From: Rhodosorus marinus CCMP1338
Taxonomy: Eukaryota > Plantae > Rhodophyta
Length of the DNA stretch: 64,000 bases
Assembly (NCBI GenBank): GCA_029953675.1
Contig: JAMWBK010000003.1
Coordinates: forward strand, 3,224,001 to 3,288,000
Reading direction: 5' to 3'
Below are positions 49,511-60,577 of the stretch, in pieces; position 1 is the stretch's first letter, and the number at the start of each line of letters is the position of its first letter. Under the pieces are notes generated by a model. It did not search any database. It saw only the letters and a program-made list of their open reading frames with translations, and had not been told where the DNA came from. A program made the translations under genes and the position numbers.

Positions 49511-50879
49511 CGAGCTATCCCCCTCATCTCGTCCCATCCCTCCGGAGTCCCTGGTCCCTGGCTCCTGCTTCACAAGCTCCGCACTGTCCATCTTCAAGGA
49601 TATGGACTCTTTCCTCTTGCAAACAGAAACTTCAGGTTTTTGCCCGCAGACATATACACATCCTCAAGCTTCCCTAGTGGAGACCAAAAAGAAGAAGCTA
49701 GCTTTGTAAAAAGAAAGTACGACTTGCGGTACCCGGATCTCCTGCGTTATTCCTTCCAAGTCGCTCAACACGACTCTGCACCCTTGATGTTCCACTCTTA
49801 CCTCTAAAGCCACATTTCTTTCCTATCAGCTTTTGGGTGCGCACTCTAGCTCAACCAAGAAAACTTGAAATCTCGCTCCGGCCCTTTGGGATCAGTGGAT
49901 CGGCGATCAGCATCATTCACGACCACCACTTTGTCCTCGTATTCTTGACGTGTTAGTTATATTCGAACCTGAGGCGGGACTTATATACATGCTTGGCTAG
50001 CTGTGAAGATAGAATTGATTCCCATCGCCTTCCAACGCATGAGTTTGCGCTTGGTCGCTCTACCACCGTTGCTACGGGCTTCGGATAGGGGCTTCGTTAG
50101 ATGCAGAATCTATGCTCCCGTTAAACAACTTTGGAGAAGGGTAGAGCAAGTTGAATCGCGAGATCAGCATCCTTGATCGACCGTCTCATTTGTCCTCCCG
50201 CGTCTGATGTTTCGTCCAGGAGTTGACCCTGTGCATGGGGAGAAGAGCATGCAACGAGAAAACGACCTTGTCGGTGGTTAGCACAGACTAAAGTTGGTCG
50301 CGATTGTGGACTGGATTAGCGCTGTGGTCTACGGCGGTGTTCCCGGCAGAACAAATAGCGAAGCATCCCTGGTCCCCTGAACATGGCGCCCGGCGAAAGC
50401 TCAAAAGTAGTTAGGCAACGTGCAATAGCGGATTTGGATGCCACAGCTCTTAATTGTAAGCTGATGGAAGTGCTTATGTGCCTGGCCGCAGCGGCTAAAG
50501 AATGCCTTTTTGAACGTGACACTGATCAAATTTTGGGTATTGACAACACGTGAGCTCAGCACCGAACCCTTTCCAAGATCAAAATCGCAATATTTTCAGG
50601 TGAGCTAAAAAAACCATTGAGTTACAAAATTGAGGTTCGGTCTAAAACTTGAGGACTGGAGCAGATGAGCAACGAACCTTCTGTCTGTGCTGCTTTCTTC
50701 CACGAATTTTTCGCACTAGTAAGGGCATTGCATTGAAGTTTGTTAGGCAGCCGCAAGATCGTGAGGTTTGGATCATCAGAGCTTGAGCTCGGGAAGCTGA
50801 TCAAGATCAATTCCCCCTACGAATAGCAACGCTGAACGGGACTCGGGCAACCTTTGTGCATCAGCAAACAAGTGCTGAA

Positions 50880-52277
50880 ATGGATACAGATTGGATACCA
50901 TTGGATATCAGGTCGGGGTTAACGAAGGAGTTGCCAGAGGATGTGAAGTATCGTTGGGGAATTTGCGGCACTGGACGTTGTTGTAATGATTTTGTTCAGG
51001 CGCTGAAAGGTTTGCCGAATGCAGGTAGGGAATGGAATCGGTTCAAGCGCAATCTCGCGCTAAAGGAACTCAAGTGATACGATGGAAAGTGAATATTTAG
51101 AATTGACTGGTTTCCTTTTTTGTTGGCATCCAGTGCTTACTTGCGTGTCTTCTAGGTCGGCTGAAAAAGCAGCTACATTTGCAGCCTTGCATGGGATCCC
51201 ACAAAGCTTTGATTCCTTCAGAGAGATGGCGGACCATGGAGATTTTGACATTATGTACATCGGAACTCTTCACCCGTTCCACCGTGAGCATGCACAGGCG
51301 GCCTTGGAAGCGGGCAAGCATGTTCTCGTAGAAAAACCTTTTACGACAACCCTTGATGATGCTTTGGCACTCACTGAGCTAGCCGAGAAGAAGGGACTCT
51401 TCATCGCTGAAGGCTTGTGGACAAGGTTCTTTCCGGCCGTGGAACAAGCACTCCACATGGTTAGGAGCGGTTCGCTCGGCGAAGTAAAGCAAGTGGAAGC
51501 GGATTTTTGCTTCAACGCTACGGCGGACGGAGACGCCGGCGTCCTTTTCAACAAGGAGCTAGCAGGAGGTGCTAACTTCTACGTGAGCATCTACAGTCTT
51601 GGATACGCAACCGCGGTCTTCGGAACAGAACCCGAAAAGATCATCGCAACTGGGCATGTCCAGGAGGGATTAGACTTGAGCAACGTTGTTGTTTTGCTCT
51701 ATGCGGATGGAAAAACTGGCATCGCGATTTCCGGCATGCACGTAGAATCGGCTGAAGAAACCCGAATATCGGGAACGAATGGCAGAATCACTATCCATCC
51801 CCCCTCTCACTGTGCGACGAGCACTACCTTCTATGGAAAGTTAGAGGGCCGAGGCAATGTTGAGTATGAACATGAATCAATTAATCCGAGGTTTCTGGGG
51901 TTCGTGTGACGAGTCCTCAACATGTTGTGTGCACTGTGTCTTCTTGATCAGGACGCACACAGTTCAGTTCGACCTTCCGCGAAATCCCCCAACTCTGGAA
52001 GAAACTGGTGGTTTCAACTTCCCCAATTCAATCGGGTTCCAGTAAGTTCAAACGAATTGCAGGCTCTGGCAGGGACTTCGTCATGGCTAACAGCATTCTT
52101 TATTCTTTGTGGCTTCCGTTTTGGGTCGCTTATCGACAAATCAGGTATGAAGCGGCAGCTGCTATGCGCTGCATTCATGCCGGTAGGCGCGAGACTCCAC
52201 AGTATACAACGAGTGAAATGTTAGGCGTACAAAAACTCCAAGATCAAGTCAGGAAACAGTTGCACGAACGTGAATAA
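50880..52277 (+). CDS. Gfo/Idh/MocA NAD(P)-dependent oxidoreductase (dihydrodiol/sugar dehydrogenase, DHDH-like), 4 exons
   Basis: Exons 50880-51024, 51134-51863, 51952-52041 and about 52146-52277. Motifs RWGICGTG, YIGTLHPFH, GKHVLVEKPF, EGLWTRFFP and GFQYEA. Confidence 0.9.
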
Positions 52278-52324
52278 ACCGTCCGTTTCTAATATAATAG
52301 TAGCCAGTTAGTCCTTGTTAATCC

Positions 52325-54026
52325 CTACGTGCGAGATTCGGGCCCAGTCTTCTTGGTCGCCTTGCCGAACATGAGCTTTCCGCCCTCAGTTTTGTCATAT
52401 CGGCGAAGAACGTAAGCACACGCAATGGCCCAGAGGCATAAAACCTTCAAAAATATGAGAGTCCAGGTGTATCCACCGGAGACATCGACCAGCAAACCAG
52501 CAACATAATGCGCAAGCGCCATACTACACAGAGAACGAGTGCCCGCAAGGAAACCCTGTCAGCACTTCGAACAGCTGCGTTACTGAAGGTAGATATCAAA
52601 GCATGAAATGGTCCACAAACCTCAGATTTTCACAGCTCTTGAAAACTCCCAAGGCCGGCGCCAGGTTTGACTCATCCGTCACGAGTGCCACGCTCGAAAG
52701 CAGGGTTACTGGCGCTAGCGCAAAGCCCGATCCCAGTAGCGCTACGGCAATGAACACTTCAGTCTGGCCCGAAGGCAAAAGAAGCCTGAACATTGCGGCC
52801 GACATCAGAAGGCTCCCGGCGATCAGGACATCAGGTCTATGACCAACCCGGTCTAACAGGCTACCAAGGAAGGGAGACACAAGCGCAGCAAGCCCAAGGC
52901 ACATGGAGCTGATGAACCTATTAGTTCGGGATATTGGAGGTTAGGACGTGTAATCTGATAGCTCGTCATTTCGGCAACTTCACCTACCCAGCATCAACAG
53001 CACTGAAGAGATACCTCTGGGAGAACAGCGCAGGCGCAAAATGTACGAAGGAAAAAAAGGCAGCGCTGACCAGCATCCAGATGCTTATCAAAAGTACATA
53101 CTCGAGATTGTAGATTCGGAAGAAGCCACCCACAGATCTACCCCCCGACCAATCCTACCCAAAAGCCGCAAAACTTAACGAATTAGCCTATTCTACATGA
53201 ATCGCTGTTAGGTTGGAGTGAAGATGCCATACAGAACCGTAGTAATGGCCAAAGAACCACCAAAAAGCTAAACCAGCTACAAGTGAAACTCCACAAACAA
53301 CCAAAGCGAACTGAAGAGCACACGTAAGTCCTCCAGTACAAGTTGACGAGATCATGGCTGGCGATCCAAGTGCACTGAAACTGGAAAGTCGGCTGCACAG
53401 CAGCATGATGCCATAAGCGGTTGACAGACCAAGCTTTCCTCGATGTTCTGATCATCAACACACAAAACAGTGACTATCAGGAACCAAAGTAATGAGCTAC
53501 TCAACAATACCTCAAACACCTACCAACTAGTTCGACGTCCTCAGGTTCCCTCGCGGCAAACCATTTCCCAATAATAAATCCCTGAAGCACAACAAGAGCT
53601 CCGTCGCCTAGACCGAAAACGATCCTACCCAACAGCAATACTGTATAGCTCTGTATCCGCACAGCGAAGGTTACTAGCAGCTGCCCAATAAACACCTTCA
53701 CAAACACAAGTAGAATCGATAGATTCAGTCTGATTGGGCTCAAGTACCCGAAGCACTTTGTCATGGTTGATTCTAATTACAGCAGAGGTGAGGACCACGG
53801 CTGCAACATGTGGTTGTAGAACTCCAACAATAACCCCGGCATATAGTGGCAGAACTACACCAGGTAGCTCTTGCGCTGAGAATATCAGTCCAAACTGCCG
53901 CTTATTAAGCCGCAATTCAGACATCAGCTCCGGGCCCAGGGCAGACAGCGCATGCTTGCCGTAATGCGCCCCGACTGACATTAAGCAGCACAACGCCAGA
54001 GCAACCCCCGATCCAGCCCTCACCAT
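52325..54026 (-). CDS. Major facilitator superfamily transporter (MFSD1-like), multi-exon
   Basis: Multiple hydrophobic helices. HYGKHALSALGPEL, IFSAQELPGVVLPLYAG, GQLL, LLLGRIVFGLG, WF, FLGSLLDRVGHR and ALGVFKSCEN are collinear with MFSD1-type transporters. Confidence 0.85.
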
Positions 54027-54260
54027 CGTTCCTATACCGAATGCGTTCAACTCCTCTCACTTACTCTGGACTCTACTCCGACTACAATGTGAAAAGCCAT
54101 CAACAACAGCTGGTTCTAGCGAGGCGGCATTTGTTAAGTTCGACTCGAATCCGGACGCTTGAACCCGCCCCCGCCTCAACGCCCAGGTCACCTTCCATTG
54201 AATCGGCTGATCTCTCCATGTTCTAGGACTCAGCTTGTCTGAGATCTTCCGCACGAAACA

Positions 54261-54292
54261 CACGTGACCCAATCAGCTACTATATATAAATA
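54261..54292 (+). promoter_or_regulatory. G-box, CCAAT and TATA array oriented toward the + strand
   Basis: CACGTG at 54261-54266, CCAAT at 54269-54273 and TATATATAAATA at 54281-54292, in canonical upstream-to-downstream order. Confidence 0.55.
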
Positions 54293-54310
54293 CGGGTGTA
54301 CCTACCTAAG

Positions 54311-54720
54311 GTGATAGGGCACGCCCTATGAACTTGCCGGTGCAAATTTCAACGGTTCGCACAATGGTGTGCGGTAGGTGTCCCTTGGTCCAGTCGTCGA
54401 TGCCTACCGGAGGGGGCAACCTTGATGCCTAAAAACAAGCCCTATGATGCCTCAAAGCAAGCCCTATGATGCCAATGCGATTGGTTAAGTTATACGAATC
54501 AGACGTATAACTTTTTGCCAAACTCGTCCTAGCTTCCAAAGCAGCAAGTCCCTCCTTATCGTGAATTTCAGTTGAATAATTCGTTTTCGATAAGGCTTTG
54601 AAGTTTCTTCGTAATACGAATGGAACTCAAAATATACTATTTTAGAAATAATAAGAGATATTGCATATAGCATTTTTTGAATGAATTAAAAACGCATCCC
54701 TATAGGGCATGCCCTATCAC
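54311..54720. mobile_element. 410-bp unit bounded by 19-bp inverted repeats (MITE-like; no TSD found)
   Basis: gtgatagggcacgccctat (54311-54329) versus atagggcatgccctatcac (54702-54720), one mismatch. The internal 22-bp-period repeats caagccctatgatgcc (54436, 54458) share the gccctat core. Confidence 0.6.
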
Positions 54721-54949
54721 TCAACTTGGGGCATTGCTTTCAAAAGCGTTTCAGAATCCATGGTTGCGGTACACGCTTCGAGGCTTTTTTTGCGTCGACC
54801 CATGCTAGACCTGCATAGGGCATAGGCGCAGGATTGTACTATTGGAGTAATTATTTGTATTGTTCCAGCAAGAAGACATGTACCTGTTAAGTCGAAACCT
54901 AACATTCCTTGTTGGGTTTCCAAGAATCTTGACAGCCTTCCAATCACAA

Positions 54950-56973
54950 GGACAGTTGTCCTTTCTCGTATGTTTATGGGTCACTTTGTTGAAGGACGGA
55001 AAGTCGACATAAAGAAATACATCTGCATTCAGGATGTGAAAACTTTCGAGGAGTGGCAATCCCTGGCGCTCAACATCGAAGGCGCGGAGATGGCTAGTTC
55101 TAGCGGAACACCGACACAGAGGTAACCAGAGCCAAGGGATAGTTCCTTTGAGAGTAGAGGAACCCGATCGGGCAAGGCGTATCAACTCCGAACCCAGGAG
55201 CTGAAAAGGCGCAACTATGCCAACATTACTTGCGACCACTGCGGGAAAAAGGGCCATACAAAACGCTTATGTTGGAGTATTCCTGATAGGGATCCGACTG
55301 TGGCGAAGACGGCACCACCCCTCACCCAGCAGTTAAAAGAGGAGCAACAGCGGCGGCGCCTCCTACTGGACCATAACCCGCTGCGTTTCCTCCAAACGCA
55401 AACGACATTGACTCGACGGCAAGCAAGATATGTTAACTTCCTATTGCCGTATTCCTTCGAGATTGAATACATACGAGAGAAAAATCCACATAGCGGACGC
55501 GGTGAACCGGGACGCCTTACGAGCCATACGCGTTACCCCGAGTACGGATTGGCATGTGGATTATCGGGCCGACCCTGAGTTCACCACGCAATTCCAGATG
55601 CCTGGCCAGTTTGAAGGTTTTCAACCTACTCTTCCTACAAGCAAGGCTCTGTGTACCCGACAACCGCGTCAACGAAGTCATCGATACGCACCATACATCG
55701 GTAACAGCAGGACGTTTTGGGGCGCAAGCTACGTTGCGCCTGATACGCCGACGTTGCTACTGGCCGACCATGCGGAAGGACGTACTACAACGCGTGCAAC
55801 AATGCGAGGGATGCGCACGTGAAAAACCACTGCGGCGAAACCAGGGCGAGTTGCAACCCCTGCAAAAACCGCGCGGTCGACTGGACAGTGGATTTTGTGA
55901 CCAGATTTCCCCATGTCGAGGGACATGATACCATTCTGGTTGTGGCTGACCGACTTACGAAGTTCGTGGTATTCATTCCAACGACGAAGACAGTGACTGC
56001 AGAAGAGGTGGCAACGCTTATTGTGAAATATATTGTCGCATTGTTCGGACTATCCCGGAGCTTCGTAACAGATCGTGATAAGGTCTTCACAGCGACCTTC
56101 TGGAGGCACGTTCTGCGATTGATGGGGGTTTAACAGCTGCTCTCTACCGCGTACCACCCCGAAACGGATGGACAGACGGAACGGGCGAATCAGGCCCTAC
56201 AAATTATGCTGAGATGTTGTACCAGTCAAACATGGATGCAGTGTCTACCCTTACTTCAGCCGGCCTACAACAACCATACTTCGGCCAGTACGGGATATTC
56301 GCCTTATTTTCTGTTAACCGGAGGGCATCCGCGTTTGAACTTGGAAGTCTCAACCCCAACCCCGGCGATTAACAGGCTTGCCGACGGGGCGACTGCTTTC
56401 GTGCAACGACAACAACGAATTCTTGACGATGCACGCAAGTCTATGGCCTTGGCGCAGGAGTTGTATGCTGAGCACGCGAATTCTCGTCGCATCGCCAAGG
56501 TGTACAACATTGGCGACAAATTCTATTTGTCGACCCGGAACCTCACCCGTGAGGGCCCTACGCGCTTTAAACCTCGCTGGCTGGGCCCCTTCCCAATTAG
56601 TGGTAAGCGTTCTGATGTGGCCTATACCTTACAGTTGCCTGATGAGATGAGGATTCATCCGACATTTCAGGTCTCCTTATTGAAGAGCGCGCCGACTAAG
56701 ACAGCTCATCCTGTGATCCAGAGGATACCTCTCCAATCAAACCTATACCCAACGCAACCTGTTCTATCGGTTTTGAACGTCCGTACTACCAACGGCATCC
56801 GCCAGTTTCTGTGCTACCGCGAAAATGAAGCCTGTACTGATGCGATTTGGGTATCTGAACCCGACTACGGATACCCTGTCTCGAAGACGCCTCAAACACT
56901 ACCTGAACTATCGAAAGGTGCTCGAGGCTCTTCCTCCAACCTCTGAGTTTGCGCCCCAACTCGGCGGGAGGAA
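54950..56973 (+). mobile_element. Degenerate Ty3/gypsy chromovirus internal region: gag knuckle, RNase H tail, integrase and chromodomain; PR and RT absent
   Basis: CDHCGKKGHTKRLC (55231-55272), DHNPL...RRQARYVNFL, integrase H-x-x-x-H...YWPTM...C..C, VDFV, VTDRD, YHPETDGQTERAN, PRWLGPF, IHPTFQVSLLK and a chromodomain-like tail. It carries frameshifts and a stop at 56131. A polypurine tract GGCGGGAGGAA lies at about 56963-56973. The left boundary is approximate. Confidence 0.92.
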
Positions 56974-58300
56974 TGTGAGAAATCCCTCTGACAGGTTGTA
57001 ACTTGTCCATTTTTAGTGTCAGGTACTTTCTTCCTGAAGTGTCTATGTTCCTATTTTTAGCCTTCGACAGTTATACTTTCATGTAAGGTGGGTCGTAGTT
57101 TACAGTAACCAAGACTAATCGTCCCAGGTTATCGGAGCTAGAAATTCCAGCTTGTACTACTTTGCTCCTAGATCTCTGGACGGGAATGCAGATCGGACAT
57201 CATTGAAATCGATGTGAGGATGGAGATGTGTTTTCCACTATTCAATGTAAACTGTTGAGAAACTCTGGAACCAACTTGTCTTTACTCAAACCTCGGTCCC
57301 AAGATCTAGCAGAGCCAGGTCTTGTTTGGGACAAATGAAACTCTTAGTGTCCCACAATAAGGGAGATCCGGGTTCTTGGTGAATCACAGGGTTTCCTTAG
57401 GAGTTTATTGGGAAGTACATAGAGAAAGAAGAACAAGGATATAGAGAATAGAGTAAAAGAACGGAGTTTCTTTGGGTGTAAATTGAGATCGCAGGTCGAA
57501 TCCCTAGGTCTCGTATGGACTGCCCGTGGATTTCCCTCTCTTTGTGAGCTGCGTTTGCTATGAACCTGAACTGCCTAAGGTGCCTGTGATCATGCGATTT
57601 AGAAGCCCAATTATAGACCCTATTCTTCAGCTACGGAGTTTACCAATAGGTCTCATCTGGACTACAGAAGGTTTTGAGCGAGCTCCATAGGGGTGCCTGG
57701 ATCGCGCGCGAGCTCAACTATAGTCGTGAGACCAATCCGACGACAGGGAAGTGTAGGAAATACCTCTTCAAGAATAGATAGTGGAAGTCATATGGACTGG
57801 TAGGGTGTTCAACTGCACCGATGCATCTTTCCGCATTGGTGGAATTCACAAGTGATAGAAAAGATTTCGAGGATGTTACCATGCAGCATACACCAAACGA
57901 CGGTCCGATGTTAATGTACAAATCAGCTAGTGATGAAACCCTCAGGGAAATAGTTTCTATTTAAGACAAAAACCAATCTATTACAGCAGCGTAGTATATC
58001 TGGGCTGGAATTTCCAACCCCAAAAGCGTTGTGTGTTTGTGGTTCCAACCTTCTGGGTTTTACCGTGAAACTAATGAGCCTTATGGGTTGGTTGCGAGAA
58101 GAGGATTATCTGTTTTTTGAAAGAGTTTAGCACCGTTCCTCCGGGATCGGGCTTAGGGAACTGGCTCTCAGGGGACAAGTCTGAACACGGTCTGTAAGCG
58201 AATGTATGTCAATGGTGCCCCCTCTTCGCTTCGGGAGCGCAAGCATTAACTCAAGCTCGACTCCAGGACTCGCAGATAAGGTCCTTGTACACGGCCCAAC
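56974..58300 (+). mobile_element. Probable 3' LTR and further LTR-like non-coding sequence
   Basis: Begins with TG immediately after the PPT and is followed by long non-coding sequence. No matching 5' LTR lies in the window, so the right boundary is a guess. Confidence 0.4.
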
Positions 58301-59498
58301 GAACGCACATTAGGGCCGTTGCTCCTTGACATTGAACAGTGTGCCGTCAAACTACCCCGATTAAGCGCATCAACGAAGAGCACTCTTCCCGTGTTGTGCG
58401 CTTGTCCTTTAGTCTAGCATCATTTCCATTTTAAGGCGTGCATGCCGCCTTTAGAATCGTTAGCAGCGCTGACGATCGACAAGATGTCTTCTCTTCACGC
58501 TCATATGATTTCACGTAAATCGCTTGTTTGAAACAGAGCACCAATCCTTACCTCTTAAGCTCTGACAACACTAGACCCTTTCTTTGTCCGGAATGGAGGC
58601 GTAGCAATCTCGCCCAACGCCCTGAGTTGTGCATGACAAAAAGTATGGCTCTGCACGGGCAATATCAAAGTTCGCCTTTTGGATCCGACAAAGGGAGGAC
58701 CCTTCATTGTATCGTCTAGATGAGCCCGCTTCTACCTTGTAGATTTGAGTTGTCGGAGCTTGCTTGCCATGTGGATGGCAGTAGCTTTTCGGAGAGGACT
58801 TCTCTCCCTTCGTATTAGTAAGGTGTCAGCTTCCCCCACGATCAAAGAGCCCAACTACGTGAAATCGTTCTTGGAAACAATTCTAAGGGTAAGGCGGACC
58901 TCTGCTCCATGTATTCTAAATTCATCACTTTTTCTTTTTTTAGAGACTCCAATTAACTAGGACGTTCGAGGGGTAGCTTTCACTTCCTCAAAGCTTGACT
59001 TGGCCACAAAACAACTTCAGTTTATTTTCTGAAATATACATTTTTCATTTTCTTGTTCGTCGCTACGAACGTAAGCCCTGGGGGGTATACTCTAAACAGA
59101 TTTTCGGTTCGGGTACCGGGCATCCTTTTTCTATGCAATCCTCGAGCATCCTACCCCTACTCGATTACTGTTTTCTATTTCTCATTTTCTTTTTTTCTTT
59201 TGTTTGTAAGGAGTTTGTGCATCGCACTCATTTTACCCCGAGGAATTTTTCAAGTATAGGACGTTTGCGGAGTTTGATTTAGAAAATGGAACTTAAATTC
59301 CGGCGTCCCGCCGGCGTCTGGTGCGTGCGTTTTCAGCGGGATTCTGGGGGTTGGCTCACGTGAGGTTGCTTTGATTATAGGCCAGTTTCTGAGTTTGATT
59401 GTGGAGAGCGTTGAAGGTGGGGAAAAGAAACGATTGTTCTTGGGGGGATCTCGGTGGTAAGACTCGTGCCTATTTGAGCTGTGAGTCTTCGCGCTACG

Positions 59499-59924
59499 AT
59501 GACTGTTAAGAGGCGTAATCATGGGAGAAACCGGCACGGCCGAAACCACACGCGGCTGGTGAACTGTGATGGATGTGGTTCGAAGCCCGCGAAGGACAAG
59601 GCTATTAAGAGGTTCACCGTAAGGGATGTGGTGGATAAATCTTCGAAGAAAGATTTTGACATAGCCACGGCAATCCAGGGCTATGAAGTTCCCAAGTTTT
59701 ACATCAAGCTGCACTATTGCATTTCTTGCGCTGTACACAGAAAGACTGTGAGACCGCGCAGCAAGAAGGACAGGAAGAAGAGAGAGTTTGCACGGCCACA
59801 GAGGGGAGGCCTTCGTGATAAGCAGCGACGACCAGGGCCTCCTGGGCCCCAGCCTGGACAGTCAGGTCCTCCTGCCCAAACTGCGACTGCTGCTCCTCCT
59901 AGGGCTTTTGAAGCGGCAGCGTGA
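59499..59924 (+). CDS. RPS26: 40S ribosomal protein eS26, intronless
   Basis: MTVKRRNHGR, CDGC, KDKAIKRF.VR.VV, PKFYIKLHYCISCAVH...VR.RS and a Pro-rich tail. Confidence 0.96.
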   Translation: MTVKRRNHGRNRHGRNHTRLVNCDGCGSKPAKDKAIKRFTVRDVVDKSSKKDFDIATAIQGYEVPKFYIKLHYCISCAVHRKTVRPRSKKDRKKREFARPQRGGLRDKQRRPGPPGPQPGQSGPPAQTATAAPPRAFEAAA

Positions 59925-60577
59925 GGTGCCTGACAGCTGATGTCCTTTTAGCTGTTAGCGCGGACATAGAAGAACCGAAACGCTTCCTTGCCTGATCAGT
60001 GTGATTTGAAAGTGTTGCAATCTCGTTAAGGTTGTCGTTCGTTGACGGAAGTTTCTTTTGTTGACCGTCCTCGTTTGAGAATAAAAAGTGTATTGGCGTA
60101 TATTAACAGGGATGCTTCTGGTTAGGCGCTTGTTCGTACTGCGCGGCGGAGCGCATTATATCGTGCGCCGCGAATCCAAACTCAAGCGCGAGAGTAAGGA
60201 GTCATAGATGTCTCTGATCACGGGAAAAAGCACTCGGAAACCCAGTTCTCTGTGGGCTTTCAAGCCGTATGCTGCGATTACAATCATTTCCTGTCCGAGG
60301 AATCTGGCCTCTACAGTTCTCGTGCGAAGCAAGACTTCTTTTTGAACTAGTCTTCCATAGCTATTAATCGCCTTCGGGATTGGGCCCGAGACTATCCCCA
60401 CCAGTCCACAGCTTCCCACGTACTATTACGAAAATGGCAGCATTCAAGGCGCGATCATGGTTTTATTCTGGTTGTATCGAGATTTCTTTGTCTTGTGCAA
60501 ACTCCGAGAACTCCGCTGCATATAAAATACTTCTAAGCCTTTCCGGTACACCTGGTAGGCCGTCGCAAACGGTTATC

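Noticed and set aside
49955-50082. tRNA-like A box (TAGCAACGGTGGTAGAGCG) and B box (GGTTCGAAT) on the minus strand
   Set aside because: The D, T and acceptor stems do not pair and the spacing is too long. At most a tRNA/SINE relic.
57348-58150. Possible nested solo LTR (TG start, minus-strand AATAAA)
   Set aside because: No CA end with a matching target-site duplication was found.
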